The notes under the pieces are model-generated. The model saw only the letters and a list, made by a program, of their open reading frames with translations, ran no database searches and had not been told where the DNA came from. Shown here in pieces: positions 49,653-63,733 of a stretch of 64,000 bases of DNA. Position numbers and translations under genes: made by a program. Positions within the stretch are counted from its first letter, which is position 1. Each line of letters begins with the position of its first letter. The stretch comes from Haliotis cracherodii (taxonomy: Eukaryota), in assembly GCF_022045235.1 (NCBI RefSeq), contig NW_027266264.1, positions 8,246,001 to 8,310,000 of the forward strand, written 5' to 3'.

Positions 49653-52600
49653 TGCTAGTAAATAGCCATCAAGAACATGCCCAATCATTTCAATAAACTA
49701 ATTAACATTAGCACTCAGAGCTCATTCATATAATACATTTCGGGGAGATCATCTTATATCTTTATAGCGCTTAACAAATAAAACACACAATAAATCACTC
49801 TTCAGAACTTGTGCTGCACAACTGTTAACACCCAAAATTGATAGTCGAGCTGTTCAGCTCATCTGAATCTTCATATGAAGATATTTGGATTGATGAAAGA
49901 GAGTGGTGCACTAATATCAATACCTTCTTGCCCTCTGATGCCAAATTAGTCAATGGACAGTTGTTTTTTGCCTCAATATCCAAGGTGTCTGGAGAGTTAA
50001 GAATGGCCACTTACATCTACTTCAAATAGGAAGTGATAATAAAGTTTCCAGGCACACATGCGGAATAGCACTACCAACATATGTTTTTATGTACAACCCC
50101 TGTTTGTCTAATGAGAAGGGTGAAAAAATTATTTCCGGGCCACCTCAGGACTGACAGAAGATGGCAGTGACCAGCTGGGATGGAAGCATCACCATGTAAA
50201 TATGCACCACTGGTCTCAGTCTTGCCTACCAGGGAGCTGCAGCTGATTGACCTCCAGCAACGATGAGCTTCACACATGGCTGCCCCAGTTGACACTTGTT
50301 AGCACCAGGAAGGACTGACTTATCTTCATTGAACCTGAATTTGGGGAACTGCTTTGATTGGAGAGACAGGGTTTCATGTTTGTTCATTATAGTCCTTCAA
50401 TGTAAGGTACAGAATTATGCTTTGGATTTGAGATGTTAAAAGACAATATTGAGAATGGGGGATAATTTGGAATGTCATGTGATGCAAACTTTTTGAGAAT
50501 GGTTCTTTAAATATTTTGGGAGGAATATTATTTTGAAATTGTGTAAATTTAAAATTAGTGGGAAAGAGAAAATCATTTATTGATTGTTATCAATGTTTTC
50601 AAGAATGAGGACATGTAGTCTACTTAGATATGAAATAAAATTTTAGGCATTTTTCTGATTGGACTTACTTCTTTTGTTTAAGGTGCAGAAACTGAAGCAG
50701 TATTTATAACAACTCCTATACGATTTTCATAAGAAATTAATAATCCTTGTAATAAACTCTTGCTGATTCTCATAAAATAGGCCTCACCTAACAAGAACAC
50801 TAGCCACCTATATAATCTTGTGTGATCTCATCCACATCCTTACCTTATTTGATTCACAGCCATAGAATTAGTTAAGTAGAAATTCCAGACAATTAGATAC
50901 AAGTACTGGACACCCCAAGACACTCTCCACAGATAATATGATCGTTTAACTGAACAGGAAATTAGTATCGACAATTCAGTGACAGACTACTAACCCAAAA
51001 TGCTGCAAATGCTGATCCAACAATACCCAACACAATCATTTTTTTGTCAGATAATAAATCATTTATCATGTTGTAAAACTGTTTCAAGCATATGCCATTA
51101 TTAACTATTATTATTTTTGTTTTTTCCCCTGGTCCATTGACAGGTAGGACACACCACCATCTAAATAGACTAATACTTAGTCTGTGGTAACATTTCCTTT
51201 ACAATGATTGTAATTTCCTCCTGGTTTGGAAAGTTTCTTCCTCCGATGTTTTCATAAGGGAATCAAGGAATCTAGACTTGGTTTAGTTTGTCTGACTTGC
51301 CTCGGCTTTCGGTAAAACATATTTACAAAAATATGAATTCCACAGTCATGGTGCAGACAGAACTATTGGCTACATACAATATAAAGTCTACACGTCTTGT
51401 GCAGTCACCAGTCATGATTGAATAATCTCAAAATCACCAGGGCTTGCCCTAAGAAACCGACCTATTCTATGAGTGTTTTACAATTAATATATTTTGTTTT
51501 CCCTCAGTCATTATCACTTGAGATAACTGGTCTTCGTATTTCAGTGGTAACATTAAAAGGGAGATAATATAACTGAAACATGGTCTGTTTAGTATCATAT
51601 GCAAAAGGATAAGAATCATCCAAGCTGAATATTATTTATGTATTTCCCTGATATTTTCTCTCAGTCATTATCATTTAGATAACTGGTATCTTATTAGCTA
51701 TCATAGACATTTATATGATCATATATCAGTGACATTATTAATAAGGGATATATATCTGATATTTGATGTATTTAACGGCATAAAAAATGTTGAAAGTTGA
51801 AAATGAAACTAATTGTTTTCATCCACACCTGTTTTAGTATTCTAGTGACAGAAATAGAAGTAAACTTATCTGACCCAGTTCATTGTCTTTTCTCAACACC
51901 TATTAGGCTCGTCATGGCCTGGGGAGAACAGTTTTTCCTTCTGAATTAGTTAAGTTTGAACTGATGCGCGACTTGATCCGATGTATTAACCAATCTATGT
52001 CTGTTTTCTCACTCTTGCAGCTTCTCTCATCTCGACATGTGTCCCCCGATTACTTTACCATCAAAACAAACAGGAAGAGGCTGCCTCTGTTGATTCTTTT
52101 TATGGCTAGAAAAAGTTAATTTGGGAGTCACTGTGAGCCAAAATGAATAATTTGAAGTATTCTTGTGAAGACCCACTTTCTCCAGATACAAGATACAAGA
52201 TTGTATTGCACAAACATTCCAAGAAGAAACAGTGACAATATTCTATAAACTATATAAACAGATACATAACGAGTCAGGATAAACACACAAAGTATTACCC
52301 GGTAATACAAAATATTACGTTAAGACCTTGAACTATCTATAATAAGTACTTTAGATTCATTTGAAGTTGTATACATGATAGCAGAGAACTTCTATGTTAC
52401 TTGGTTCATTATTTTAAAAAAGTAGACTAAATATTTCTGTGATGTTAAGGCTTTCAAAATAATTATGTTTTAAGGAAAGAGAACTGAACAGATGTCTTCA
52501 TTTGATGTTTCTTGTAAATCATGTGTTTTAGCCCATACACATGTAGATACATTTAAGATTTATTTTAAAATTGGTATTGATACATGATTTCAGACATTTG

Positions 52601-54624
52601 TGAATTGTACTTCAGAAGTTAAAGTCTTAGATGATGAAAAATGGATGTTCTCCAATAGAGAAGGAAATTCCCATCTGGCAAATATACAAATGATTCTACC
52701 ATAAATTTAGCAAACAGTATTAAAATATATTTTAGTTTAATTGAAAATGTGCTTTTTGTAACATCTTTTTGTTATAATGTTTATTAAACTTTCCTTTCCA
52801 GATTTTCTTTTCTAAGAGGTTGTGGTGGGTGGGGAATATTATAATGAATTTGGTATTTTGCCTACAGACTCTTGGCATATTAACCATGAAAATCTGTAAA
52901 CCCTTAAAACATCTGAATTCTTTCATGTTAAATAATTACACTTGCCTTGTGGTAAATTATTAAAACTTTGCTCATTTGTTTTGCAATACTTGTAACATAT
53001 TTCTTAAAACATATTTCCGATATTTGGCATGAATATTGTCGTAGATGCGTATTTTCAAACCTTGCTGCACTGTGTTTAGTACCAGTGGTCCACATCCAAC
53101 ATATTTCAAATAGTGTTTTTTTCTTATATCCAATTAGAAACAGGTTGCAGATGTATCAGCTACCCTTGCATGATAAATTCTCCAATAAAACATTTCTCAT
53201 CTACCATCAGTCATCTGTGAACAATATGGCCACCACATCCTCTCTGATTGAAGGTTTCGTTATTGCTGTCAGTGTGGTGTAAAAATGGGCCAAGAAATGG
53301 TTTTAGGATCCATTAACATCATTCCTCGTATAAGTGAGCTGTGAAGAGTTAGGAATGAGCTCGAGGAGCCGAACCTCTTTAATTAACTTAATCATCCCGT
53401 TTATCCCCATCCCACTTCTCTCCAGCTTCTAACAGCTGAACATCATATTCCAGTGGAGAAAATAATCCTAGCATGACAACTCATCATTGAAATTGGGCTA
53501 ATTTGTCATGTTCTTCTCTCTTGTAAAGAATTCCAGATTTCCTCATCCACAGCATCAAACAATGTACGCCTAATCATTTGGACCTTATCTTGAGGGGGTC
53601 AGTGTGCATATGTTGAAAAATAGGTTGATTAATCAACTTGTTGTAGTGATAGCATCATCAAACAGCTTATCATGTTGATCTTCGTATCACGTCTCTTAAT
53701 ATATGTTTTTTAAAGTGATTAAATAGTGTTTTTGTGTCACTCATTAAACCTTATATTAAATCTGGCATAAATAATTTTAGAATAAATTTGTTTAAATATA
53801 TTAATTTTCTACATTAAATAGGAACATTTATTTCTTTTGCCTTTTGCGTCGAGTGGAACCTCTTTCGTGAATGATTGAGGGTGCTTATTTGCTGGCATTG
53901 AAGGATTTTTTGTTTATAGATTTTTGGTAAAAATGATCCTGTTCGGGAATGGGGAAAAAAGTTTACTAAGAGAGATATTTGTGATTATATATTTAAATGT
54001 TATCGGAATATATGGCCATGTTTGCAGTGTTATATTGTACTTGAGTATACCACTTCATACTGTATTCTATGGTCTTGCAGTCTAACCTATGGCATGCACA
54101 TGTTTTTGTGGTTAACATGTAAGTTTGCTTTTGGCGAATAATAAATTAGGGCTTTCAGATAACAAGAATATATTTTTAGGGCCATGCACTGGAAGCTTAA
54201 AAGGTTCCTCCTTCTCACTAATTCCCCTGACTGTCAGGTATATGGCATTCATCCCTGAGGGATCCCATACTGCCACATGGGCTATCAGGTTCAAGACTAA
54301 TAGACAGGAGCAGGTGTCCTGCGGGTCAGGTTCTCACCACCTGGACTGCAGCGAAGGTTCAGGTAAACCATACCTGAAACCAAGCCTCTCTGCATGATTA
54401 TGTTATCAATATCTCACACCTAATAGTCAGGCTGTGGAGTTAGTCATGCTGATCGAATGTCAGGAAGAAAGTGTCAACCAATGTGATATGGATACTGTGT
54501 TATGTCATCAGTACCTGAAAAGCTAGACTTTGATACAAATTATTAGAGGTTTGTTTCATTTGCAAAGGATAAATTAGAACCGTTTTAGGCTCATGACTCC
54601 AGACACCACATGGTTGTCTAATGT

Positions 54625-55853
54625 CATGATCCAGAAACCCACCTTCTTAGCGATCATATATAATAACTCAGAAACCCCAACTTTGTGGTGGTCATATAGT
54701 GTGATCCAGAAACCCCACCATCTTGGTGATCATTTATAATAACTCAGAAACCCCACCATCTTGGTGATCATATAGTGTGATCAAGAAACCCCACCATCTT
54801 GTTGATCATATATAATAACTCAGAAACCCCACCATCTTGGTGATCATATAGTGTGATCCAGAAACTCCACCTTCTTTGGGATCACATATAATAACTCAGA
54901 AACCCCACCTTTTTGGGGATCATATAGTGTGATCTAGAAACTCCACCATCTTGGGGATCATACAGTGTGATCCAGAAACCTTACCTTCTTGATCATACAG
55001 TGTGATCCAGAAACCCCACCTTCTTGATCATACAGTGTGATCTAGAAACCCCACCTTCTTGATCATACAGTGTGATCTAGAAACCCCACCTTCTTGATCA
55101 TACAGTGTGATCTAGAAACCCCACCTTCTTGATCATACAGTGTGATCTAGAAACCCCACCTTCTTGATCATACAGTGTGATCCAGAAACCCCACCTTCTT
55201 GATCATACAGTGTGATCCAGAAACCCCACCTTCTTGATCATACAGTGTGATCTAGAAACCCCACCTTCTTGATCATACAGTGTGATCAAGAAACCCCATC
55301 TTCTTGATCATACAGTGTGATCCAGAAACCCCACCTTCTTGATCATACAGTGTGATCTAGAAACCCCACCTTCTTGATCATACAGTGTGATCTAGAAATC
55401 CCACCTTTTTTATCATATAGTGTGATCCAGAAACCCCACCTTCTTGATCATACAGTGTGATCTAGAAACCCCACCTTCTTGATCATACAGTGTGATCTAG
55501 AAACCCCACCTTCTTGATCATACAGTGTGATCTAGAAACCCCACCTTCTTGATCATATAGTGTGATCCAGAAACCCCACCTTCTTGATCATACAGTGTGA
55601 TCTAGAAACCCCACCTTCTTGATCATACAGTGTGATCTAGAAACCCCACCTTCTTGATCATACAGTGTGATCTAGAAACCCCACCTTCTTGATCATACAG
55701 TGTGATCCAGAAACCCCACCTTCTTGATCATACAGTGTGATCCAGAAACCCCACCTTCTTGATCATATAGTGTGATCCAGAAACCCCACCCTCTTGATCA
55801 TACAGTGTGATCTAGAAACCCCACCTTCTTGATCATACAGTGTGATCTAGAAA
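54625..55853. repeat. Minisatellite: 38-bp alternating units grading into homogeneous 35-bp units
   Basis: 35-bp unit gatcatacagtgtgatc(t/c)agaaaccccaccttctt. The left part alternates tataataactc and tagtgtgatc variants. Confidence 0.95.
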
Positions 55854-56157
55854 CAATCATTGTGGAAAAAAAGTAGATTTATCTGCAAAGCAAGTAAGGT
55901 TGTTTCTGCATTAATGAAGATTTATTGTTTCAAGATCAATGAAACTTTGAATGTGTAAAACATGTCCAATTGCACGTAATTACAGAGCTACCAGTCAGCA
56001 TGTTCCATCACATGTAGGGTCATGATTTGCCTTATCAGAATTCAGCTTCATGCATCCATACAGTTTGAAAAAATAACTGAAATTCCATCCAACTCGCAAT
56101 AAAAACTAGAATGTGTTAATGATTAGAATCATTCAAACATGGTGCATTCCTTTACAG

Positions 56158-56377
56158 GTGTCATGGTATCGACAGCATGAGGAGCACATCCTGACAATTG
56201 GTGACATGACGTGGGTGAGGAACTCCAACATCATCGTGGACTACCACGAATTCGACAACGACATCAGCCACTGGAACCTCAGTATCTCAAAAGCACAGCC
56301 TCAGGATGAAGGCACATACATCTGTGAAATTATTGATAAAAAGAAACAGGTACTTCACGTTCGACTTCGAGTGTTAG
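56158..56377 (+). CDS. Coding exon: second half of Ig1 (V-set-like) of the Dpr/ZIG-8-like protein
   Basis: Acceptor cctttacAG (56156-57), donor GTGAGT (56378). 220 nt, phase 0 to 1. VSWYRQHEEHILTIGDMTWVRNSNIIVDYHEFDNDISHWNLSISKAQPQDEGTYICEIIDKKKQVLHVRLRVL contains the VSW-x-R, HILT-x-G, WNL-x-I and D-x-G-x-Y-x-C motifs. Confidence 0.95.
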
Positions 56378-56561
56378 GTGAGTTGAAACAATTTGTTGGA
56401 AGTTATATGCTCGTCTCCCAGGGAAGAAAACTATCAGTCAGAAATACTGGACGGAGACACAACATGATCATTTCGATACATGGTTTATCTAGTTTCAGTC
56501 TGCATGATACTATTCATGGTTTAAGTAAGTGTTTGTAATCATATTTGCTTTAAATGGTAGA

Positions 56562-56726
56562 GTGTCAGTGAGTATGGTTTTACGCCGTTTTTAGCAATAT
56601 TCCAGCAATATTACGGCGGGGGACACCAGAAATGGGCTTCACACATTGTGCCCATATCGGGAATCAAACCCGGGTCTTCGGTGTGACTAGCGAACGCTTT
56701 AACCACTAGGCTACCCGACCGCCCCT
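56562..56726 (-). mobile_element. SINE family A in the Ig-gene intron
   Basis: Full-length, CpG-retaining copy. TSD taaatggtaga at 56551-61 and 56728-38. Confidence 0.9.
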
Positions 56727-57960
56727 GTAAATGGTAGATACAATGGTAGATATCTATACCTTCAAAACCTTATTGTGTACTTCAGTCTCATCCCAATCAG
56801 ATCTTTTACTCCAATACATTCCTTCTGTGTGATAAAATCTGAGGACAACTTCCTGAGAGACCTATGACTGCCCAATCTAAATGAAGGACGTATGGTTCTT
56901 GAGCCAGATGTCAGCTTCCTGAAATCTTTCAGTTTCATTTCTTTATCACCTCGATTCTGCAGTTTTGATTTCTACAAAAGAAAAACCCAGCAGAACACCA
57001 GTATTCTTTGAGGGAAATCCCTTCTGTTTGTAGTGCTACAGCACTCAGAAGTGACAGTGTGTATTAAATGTCCACAACAATGTAAAGCCAAGGCCTTATA
57101 TCATCTACATTGGCAATAGTTGTTCAAGTTACAGAAATCAGATATGCTGGTCTGAATATTTTACTGACTCATACCAAGAATTTAGAAGCCGCTGTTAAGC
57201 TGATTAGAAAATTCTCCTGACTTGACCTCTGGAGGTGTTCTCACATGTTCATAGAGAGATATCTTATATCGGAGTAAAACATCTAATTTTATTGAGATTA
57301 TGAGATTTTAATTATTGTCTGTAAAATATGATTTCTATTTGATCAGGATAATTTTAGTCAGTCAGTATGGAAGTTTACCACTATAGCCCTTGACTTTTTG
57401 TACTTCCATACAGGCAACTTGAGAACCCTTTGTGAAATAACAACTAGTTTAAGTAATTTACCACACTGAATAAGCTGATACAATCACGTTGTCATTTCAC
57501 ATAATATTGAAAAAGGTTCATCAGCAGGTTATGTATGTAGTTCCTACACAACAGATATATATTTAGTAGCAGTTTGGTATGCTATAATTGTTACAAGTCC
57601 GTTAAGATATACAGTAATACTGTAATAATTCATAAAGGTAATGGAAGTACAGATAAGGTTAATTGTCACGACCAATATTTAGGGTTCGTGATTTGTTCTT
57701 TTCAAGCCTGTTCATCCATGTTCCATAAGGTTACAGATAACTGATTACAGTATGAATATAATGTTACTGTTCTTGTAGGTTAACAAAAATGTTGCAGATA
57801 ATAAGGAGATGCTTTTGTACATTCTAGGTTGATCATTTTAACTTATGATTTATTCAAGTTTATTCAGTTATAAAAATTTTATAACCATATTATTTAGTTT
57901 TATGGACATGATACATATTATTATTTGTGATGCTAATAGTATATTTTTATTTTATTTCAG

Positions 57961-57981
57961 ATCCGCCAGATTATAAACCAG
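57961..57981 (+). CDS. 21-nt microexon encoding the Ig1-Ig2 linker (DPPDYKP)
   Basis: Strong U-rich acceptor tttttattttatttcAG (ends 57960), branch-like gctaat, donor G|GTAAGC. Phase 1-1 and in frame with both neighbours. Confidence 0.82.
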
Positions 57982-58135
57982 GTAAGCATGCCTTTATTGT
58001 TATAATTAATATAATTGTAATAAACTATCTAACTTATACATTGTATGTAGATTATTATACCTGATTTGATTATTATCACCATTATTAATCATTATTGCTC
58101 TGACAATTACACCATGACCACCTTGCTGTGTATTC

Positions 58136-58374
58136 TGAGTGAGTGAGTTGGGTTTAACGCCGCTTTGAACAGTATTCCAATTATATCACGGTGTCTCAGC
58201 TTAATGTGGGAGGAAAGTCTGAAGTGATGCAGATGTCAGACGTTAACCACTTTGGTGAAAACTCACGAGCATGGGTATGGTGCGGACAAACCTAGAAACA
58301 AAATCGGGGCGAACCAGGATTCAAACTCATGATCATGGGTTTCTCGCACTGCACAGCAAACTGTTATGCCTTAG
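58136..58374 (-). mobile_element. SINE family B in the Ig-gene intron
   Basis: Reverse copy with a partly deleted head. Confidence 0.85.
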
Positions 58375-58570
58375 CTTCCTGGATTATTACCAACAATAAC
58401 ATAAATAATTGCATACAAATTCATTCAAATAAATGAATACAGAAAAATACATTTGCAAAAAACAAACAGGTATAATGGACAGACTAACATGTAAGCATGA
58501 TTAAAGTTTTTCAAGATGAGTTCTGTTAGTCTCTTGTTGGTAAAGGTCCTGCAGTTGTCACTTCAAGAAG

Positions 58571-58741
58571 GGGGGAGGTCAGGTAGCCTAGTGGTTAAAG
58601 TGTTCACTGTCACGCCGAAAACCCGAGTTCGATTCTCGACATGGGTACAATGTGTGAAGCCCATTTCTGGTGTCCCCCGCTGTGATATTGCTGGAATATT
58701 GCTAAAAGCAGCGTAAAATCAATTTCACTCACTCACTCACT
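58571..58741 (+). mobile_element. SINE family A in the Ig-gene intron
   Basis: Full-length copy with (ACTC)n tail. Confidence 0.87.
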
Positions 58742-59703
58742 CCGGGAAGGCTGGTTTATTGTCAGATTTGGGTCCACCAATGAAGGCTCTATACACCTCC
58801 ACCGCCACATTAACCAAAAGTTACAAAACTGTTTATCATAAGAAATCTCTGCTAAAAGAACAGTTCATTGTTTCATTCTGACTGTATCATGAACATGTGT
58901 TTATGAATCACTATCAAATTAGTGATGACACCAGGTGTTCAAAAAGGTGAACATATTTACCCCAGATGATACGATGAACATTGATGATGAATTATTAATT
59001 ATCTTTTATATTGTTATTACTTTAACATAATTGTCTGTAATTACCATTAGGTCCACTCTGTTGGATAAAAAATCAAACTACATGGCCTGTTAAATATTTC
59101 TCACGTTAACTTCGTTGATTTTTTTGCTGTGTTTTATTTATTTATGCTCTGTTAAAAGTGGATATTCTCACGATCATACCAAACTGAGAAAGACATGTTT
59201 TATAGACTGACTGCACTGTATTATTTAACTCTGGATGTCTGTTGAAACCTCCTGGACGCTCCCTGACATACCCAGAGATGTTACATAGAACCCCTTTCCA
59301 AGCCTGTTCAAACCCTGTCATCAGAATGTCATTGAAGGGGACTGTTTGAAAATTTGACTCAAGTTATGAAAAAAAAAAAACTTTCTCAAGAATGTTTTGA
59401 TCCAGTGTCATGGTGACTATAGATTTAGTAGTTAATTATGTCATTATTACTGCAAGACAATGTCTCAATTTCACACTTAGCACCAGTTCCAACATCCAGA
59501 CGTAAAGTAGACATGGGTGGCGGACCAGAGAACTGTTTCCATATCTTGATTCTTGCTCGGAATATACATTTTATGAATTTTTCAAAATGCATGATATATA
59601 AGTTCACACAGCAACAGTTGCAGTGAGATTGCAATCTTAGTTTCCTTTTAGATGAATGTCTCAGGAATTAGATCGTAACATTGTTTTGTATCTTTTGTTT
59701 CAG

Positions 59704-59994
59704 AAATTCAAATATATGGAAAAGAATATGTGGATTTAGGCGAGGAAGTTCGATTGATTTGTAATGCCACAGGAGGAGACTTGATCCCAGAGGACATTGA
59801 TTGGTTTAAGGATGGGGATATTGTGGACTCCACGAGATTTCGAAATGTCATAATAACCAAATATCGGTCTCTCGAGGACCAAGCGCTTGTGAGTGAGTTA
59901 ATTATCGACAGGAGTCGAGGAGAGGACTCGGGGACTTATATTTGTCGGAGTTCTGAAAATCTTATTGATAGCATGGAGGTTACGGTTCTTGTTG
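59704..59994 (+). CDS. Coding exon: Ig2 (I/C2-set-like) of the Dpr/ZIG-8-like protein
   Basis: Acceptor tcttttgtttcAG (59702-03), donor GTACGT (59995). 291 nt, phase 1-1. (E)IQIYGKEYVDLGEEVRLICNATGGDLIPEDIDWFKDG...SELIIDRSRGEDSGTYICRSSENLIDSMEVTVLV has the canonical C, W and D-S-G-x-Y-x-C. Confidence 0.95.
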
Positions 59995-62220
59995 GTACGT
60001 ATAGTGGAGTTTCCGTCTTTCTTATTTCTTAATAATAAAAGTTACGATAAAGTTCAGAATTAAATACTCAGAGAAAGTTTAAAGGAACACTTGCTGGCAT
60101 TGTCAGTAAAACTCAGAGTGATATCAAATTTATAATGAAAATTTGAAGTATAATATATACCATAGTTCCTTTATGTGTGTAGCGTGAGTTGATAAATATG
60201 ACCAAGCACTCAGTATATGTATCTAGTATTACATTATTTGTAAAGAACATTGGAACATATGTATTATTGCTGTCATTGGAATGTAAGCCTTCGTAATATC
60301 CACCATAAGTCAGGGCGGTAGAAACCATACCATCTGCTTTTGTAAGGGTTCCTGCTACAAAGAATTCATTTGCCAAATACTGAAAGTGCCTATGTCTGGT
60401 AGATACTTCAAGAAACTTCAAATGTTGGATAGTGAGCTAGCTCATAATCTGACACCTCCTGTATTCTCCATACAATGTGATTTTATTTAATTTTATATAC
60501 ATCTCACGCCCTGCCCTTAAATATATTGAAATGAATTTTGGAAAATTTAATGTGAAATATAGAAGGCTGATTCTCCATAGTTTTGCTATTGACTAAGGTT
60601 AATCTATTTTTTTTAAATGAGATGTCATTTTATTGTCACATCGGCTGCGGATATGTGCATTTTCTCCTGATTACAGACACCAGTGATGTTTCAGTATTCC
60701 GTCCATACTTGTAGTGTCACAGAAACTGTCAATGTAATGTGGATTTGAATTATCCCCATGTTACTCAGACATAGCACTTTTATACCTTATCATCCCAAAC
60801 TGGCTGCCACAGGAGATTCGTTATAAGTAAATAGCACCACAAGGCTTTGCAGACAACTGTGACGTCATTGGTTACCATGACATCACCAACATCTATGCAA
60901 CTGAAGCTTGGTAGCAGTACCTTTCACACTCAAGACACTGGTATTTACTGCCCACTAACTGAAAAAGTTTTATTTTGAATGATTAAGAAGAATGATATGG
61001 ATGAAAAAAAAGAATCTAACCCTCATGTCTTCCAAGCTAATATTTGTTGATAAAAGTTAAAATATCCTCCAAGACTTGGATTTTTTATCTTTTATCAACT
61101 CATCCTGATTTGATATTGGAAGACATTCTGGTCAGATTATCTATCTCTCATTTTGTGCAGAAAATGGCCTCCTCGAAAACTGAAGGCAATCTACTTCATG
61201 AATAATTTCAAAATTGTTAAGAAAATTTAATGCCCTGTTTGATAATGAGTACTCTCTATTTTCTGAATTCATGCATTATCTGTACTTTTGATGACAGCAA
61301 TACAGTTATAAATGATTTTGTTCCTTTAAATTTTTTGCTGAGTATACGTTCATTCTCTACTTCCTCCCTGCTTGTTGTCATGAAGAGCCCACCGGTAAGT
61401 GCTGTCATCTGCATGCTTCAGTCAGGCCACAACAAATTAATACACACCAAGAAACTCTGTAAAACTCTTTCAAATTTCAGAAGGTTGAATAATATCTAAA
61501 AAAGTCAAGTTCAGAATTTCAAGATGTGACAAATGAGCTTGTGCCTGATTTATAGGCAATGCATGCCCACTCACTCTGAAGAACTTTCTCCATTCATCAA
61601 AGTGGGAATTTAACTGGTTTTATTTATCAATAAAAAATAAACAAATCTGATAAATCAGAGAATGCAGTGTTCCTTTCAGCTGCAATGAATTCCTTTGTCA
61701 TGGAAAATATATCATGAGATTTCATCAGTTTCAAGCGGGAACTTTTGTCATGTGTACGAGGTAATCCAACATTAAAGTAAACATCAAAACTGTGATGTAT
61801 ATGATGAAGTATAGTACCTGTTTGCAAATAAATAATAAAAATTAACTGCATACTTATGAAATGCCCAACTCCACACAGACGCATGCTCTAAGTGCATGGT
61901 ATATTTTTCCTTGCTAATTGTCAGTTCCCATATATAAGATTTTCATAAGCTAAACATAGGTCACTTCCCGCACGGGACTCAACCCAAAAAGGTACGAGAA
62001 TCTGGACTTTACTAAGAAAGTGTTATCCCAAATATAACATTTGTTAAACATAGGTCATTATTAATTAATGTTGAAGAATTAAACAATAATGTTACTAAAT
62101 TTCACAGTGTTAATGATGTCTTTGAGAAACTGTGATAATTTGTCAATTTGATGTATACCAATGTACCAGCTAACAGTTCCCCATACAGAATTGACTATAA
62201 AGTCTTAAAAACTTCAAACC

Positions 62221-62440
62221 TTTTAGTATACTATGGTACTTGAAGCACATCTCCACAAGACAGGAGTGAGCTATTGTCATGGCTTTTGTCCATCCATCAA
62301 TTTCTTGGTTCTCTAATCTAGATGTATGTTAGTAGTGCTCTTAAAAGTCTCCTACAAAAGAACTGGACATATTCATATCAATTATCACTTTCATGTGTTG
62401 GGTATGTTCTTGGTTTTAACCAAATTATACCAATGTTTGT
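62221..62440 (+). mobile_element. Possible Helentron-associated (HINE/pearl-like) fragment
   Basis: TTTTAG start, gtgagctattgtcatggc, gtccatccatc micro-repeat. Recognised by resemblance only. Confidence 0.35.
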
Positions 62441-63733
62441 GTGTTTCACCAGAGTGGTAGACATCTAAAACTTGCCTTACTCCCACATCACACTGAAGGG
62501 TGTCATATTAATGCATTACCATTCAAAGCAGTGTTAAACCAAACTCAATCACTCACTCACAATAACAAAACTAGGGTTTCATTTTGAAACACAAGGTCAC
62601 CAGGGCAGCATATTTCAGTTAAGAAATTTGTTTTTGTATACCAATTAACCTTATTTTTTGAAAGGATGTTACATTTTCTTACTGCCAAATTTGTTGCTTT
62701 GTGAAAATCAATGGGCATCTAACAGAAACAGTGAATGTGAAATATGGAATGACACATTAATAATATATCTATATACCGGGAGAACATATATTATTTCTTA
62801 GATGAACGCTTTATTATCTTCAAAGGACAATGCTCTGATTTGTGCAAGGTAATAAATATGTTATATCACCATCAATACATTTGAATATATCAAGACAGGT
62901 CTTTATAAGCTAGTAAGTGATGTCCTGGTATGAGACAAAACACTAAATCTACAGCTCATTGTCATTCAAGTTGTAAATCCACCAAGTAAGGTGAGCTTCT
63001 CTACCTCCCCATATTGGACCAACAAAAATTTCTTCGCTACGCCTCACATTCAGTCTGTCAAAACTGAAACTGTCACACTTATTCCTCATTTCATGTTTTG
63101 GAATTAATCCGGATTTGGTTAAACAACTCTACTAATTTGTTGTGGCCAGCTACAAAATCTACATCAAGATAAAACTGTCATCTGTCAGAAAATGTGACTT
63201 AATTTGTATGAATATGTCATCTTTTATTGAGAAGAAAACTTGATAAAAAGGTTTTCTTCACTGAACATTTGGTATATTCATGCAAACATTTCTAGCTGCT
63301 TTCTTAGAACATGATTTCATTATGTTCAGTTCTCTTGTTTTGAATCCGTGTATTTGATATTTTGAAATATTTCATTTCACAGTTTAGTTGGGCTGTTTAA
63401 GACAACATGGTTATGTTACTATTTTGTTGCTTGAGGAGACAGAATTTTTGTGTTGAATATATTGAAAGTTTATTTTTTTATTTCCATATTTATGTGCAAC
63501 ATTTGAATGTCATGTTAAAAGTATTATAAGGAACTGTGACCACTATTTATTAATTATATTACATCAAAGATGTATATGAATGATACGGACATTATGACCA
63601 GCTCATTTATTTAACAATATAAATATATATAAGATTGCATAAAGTAAATTTCCAGTAAAATATAAAGTGTGTCATATTTCAATATGTTTGATAATTTACT
63701 ATAGTCTTGTATATTTTCTGTATTTCATTTCAG

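Noticed and set aside
59650-59703. Alternative upstream acceptor for the Ig2 exon
   Set aside because: It would introduce an in-frame TAG.
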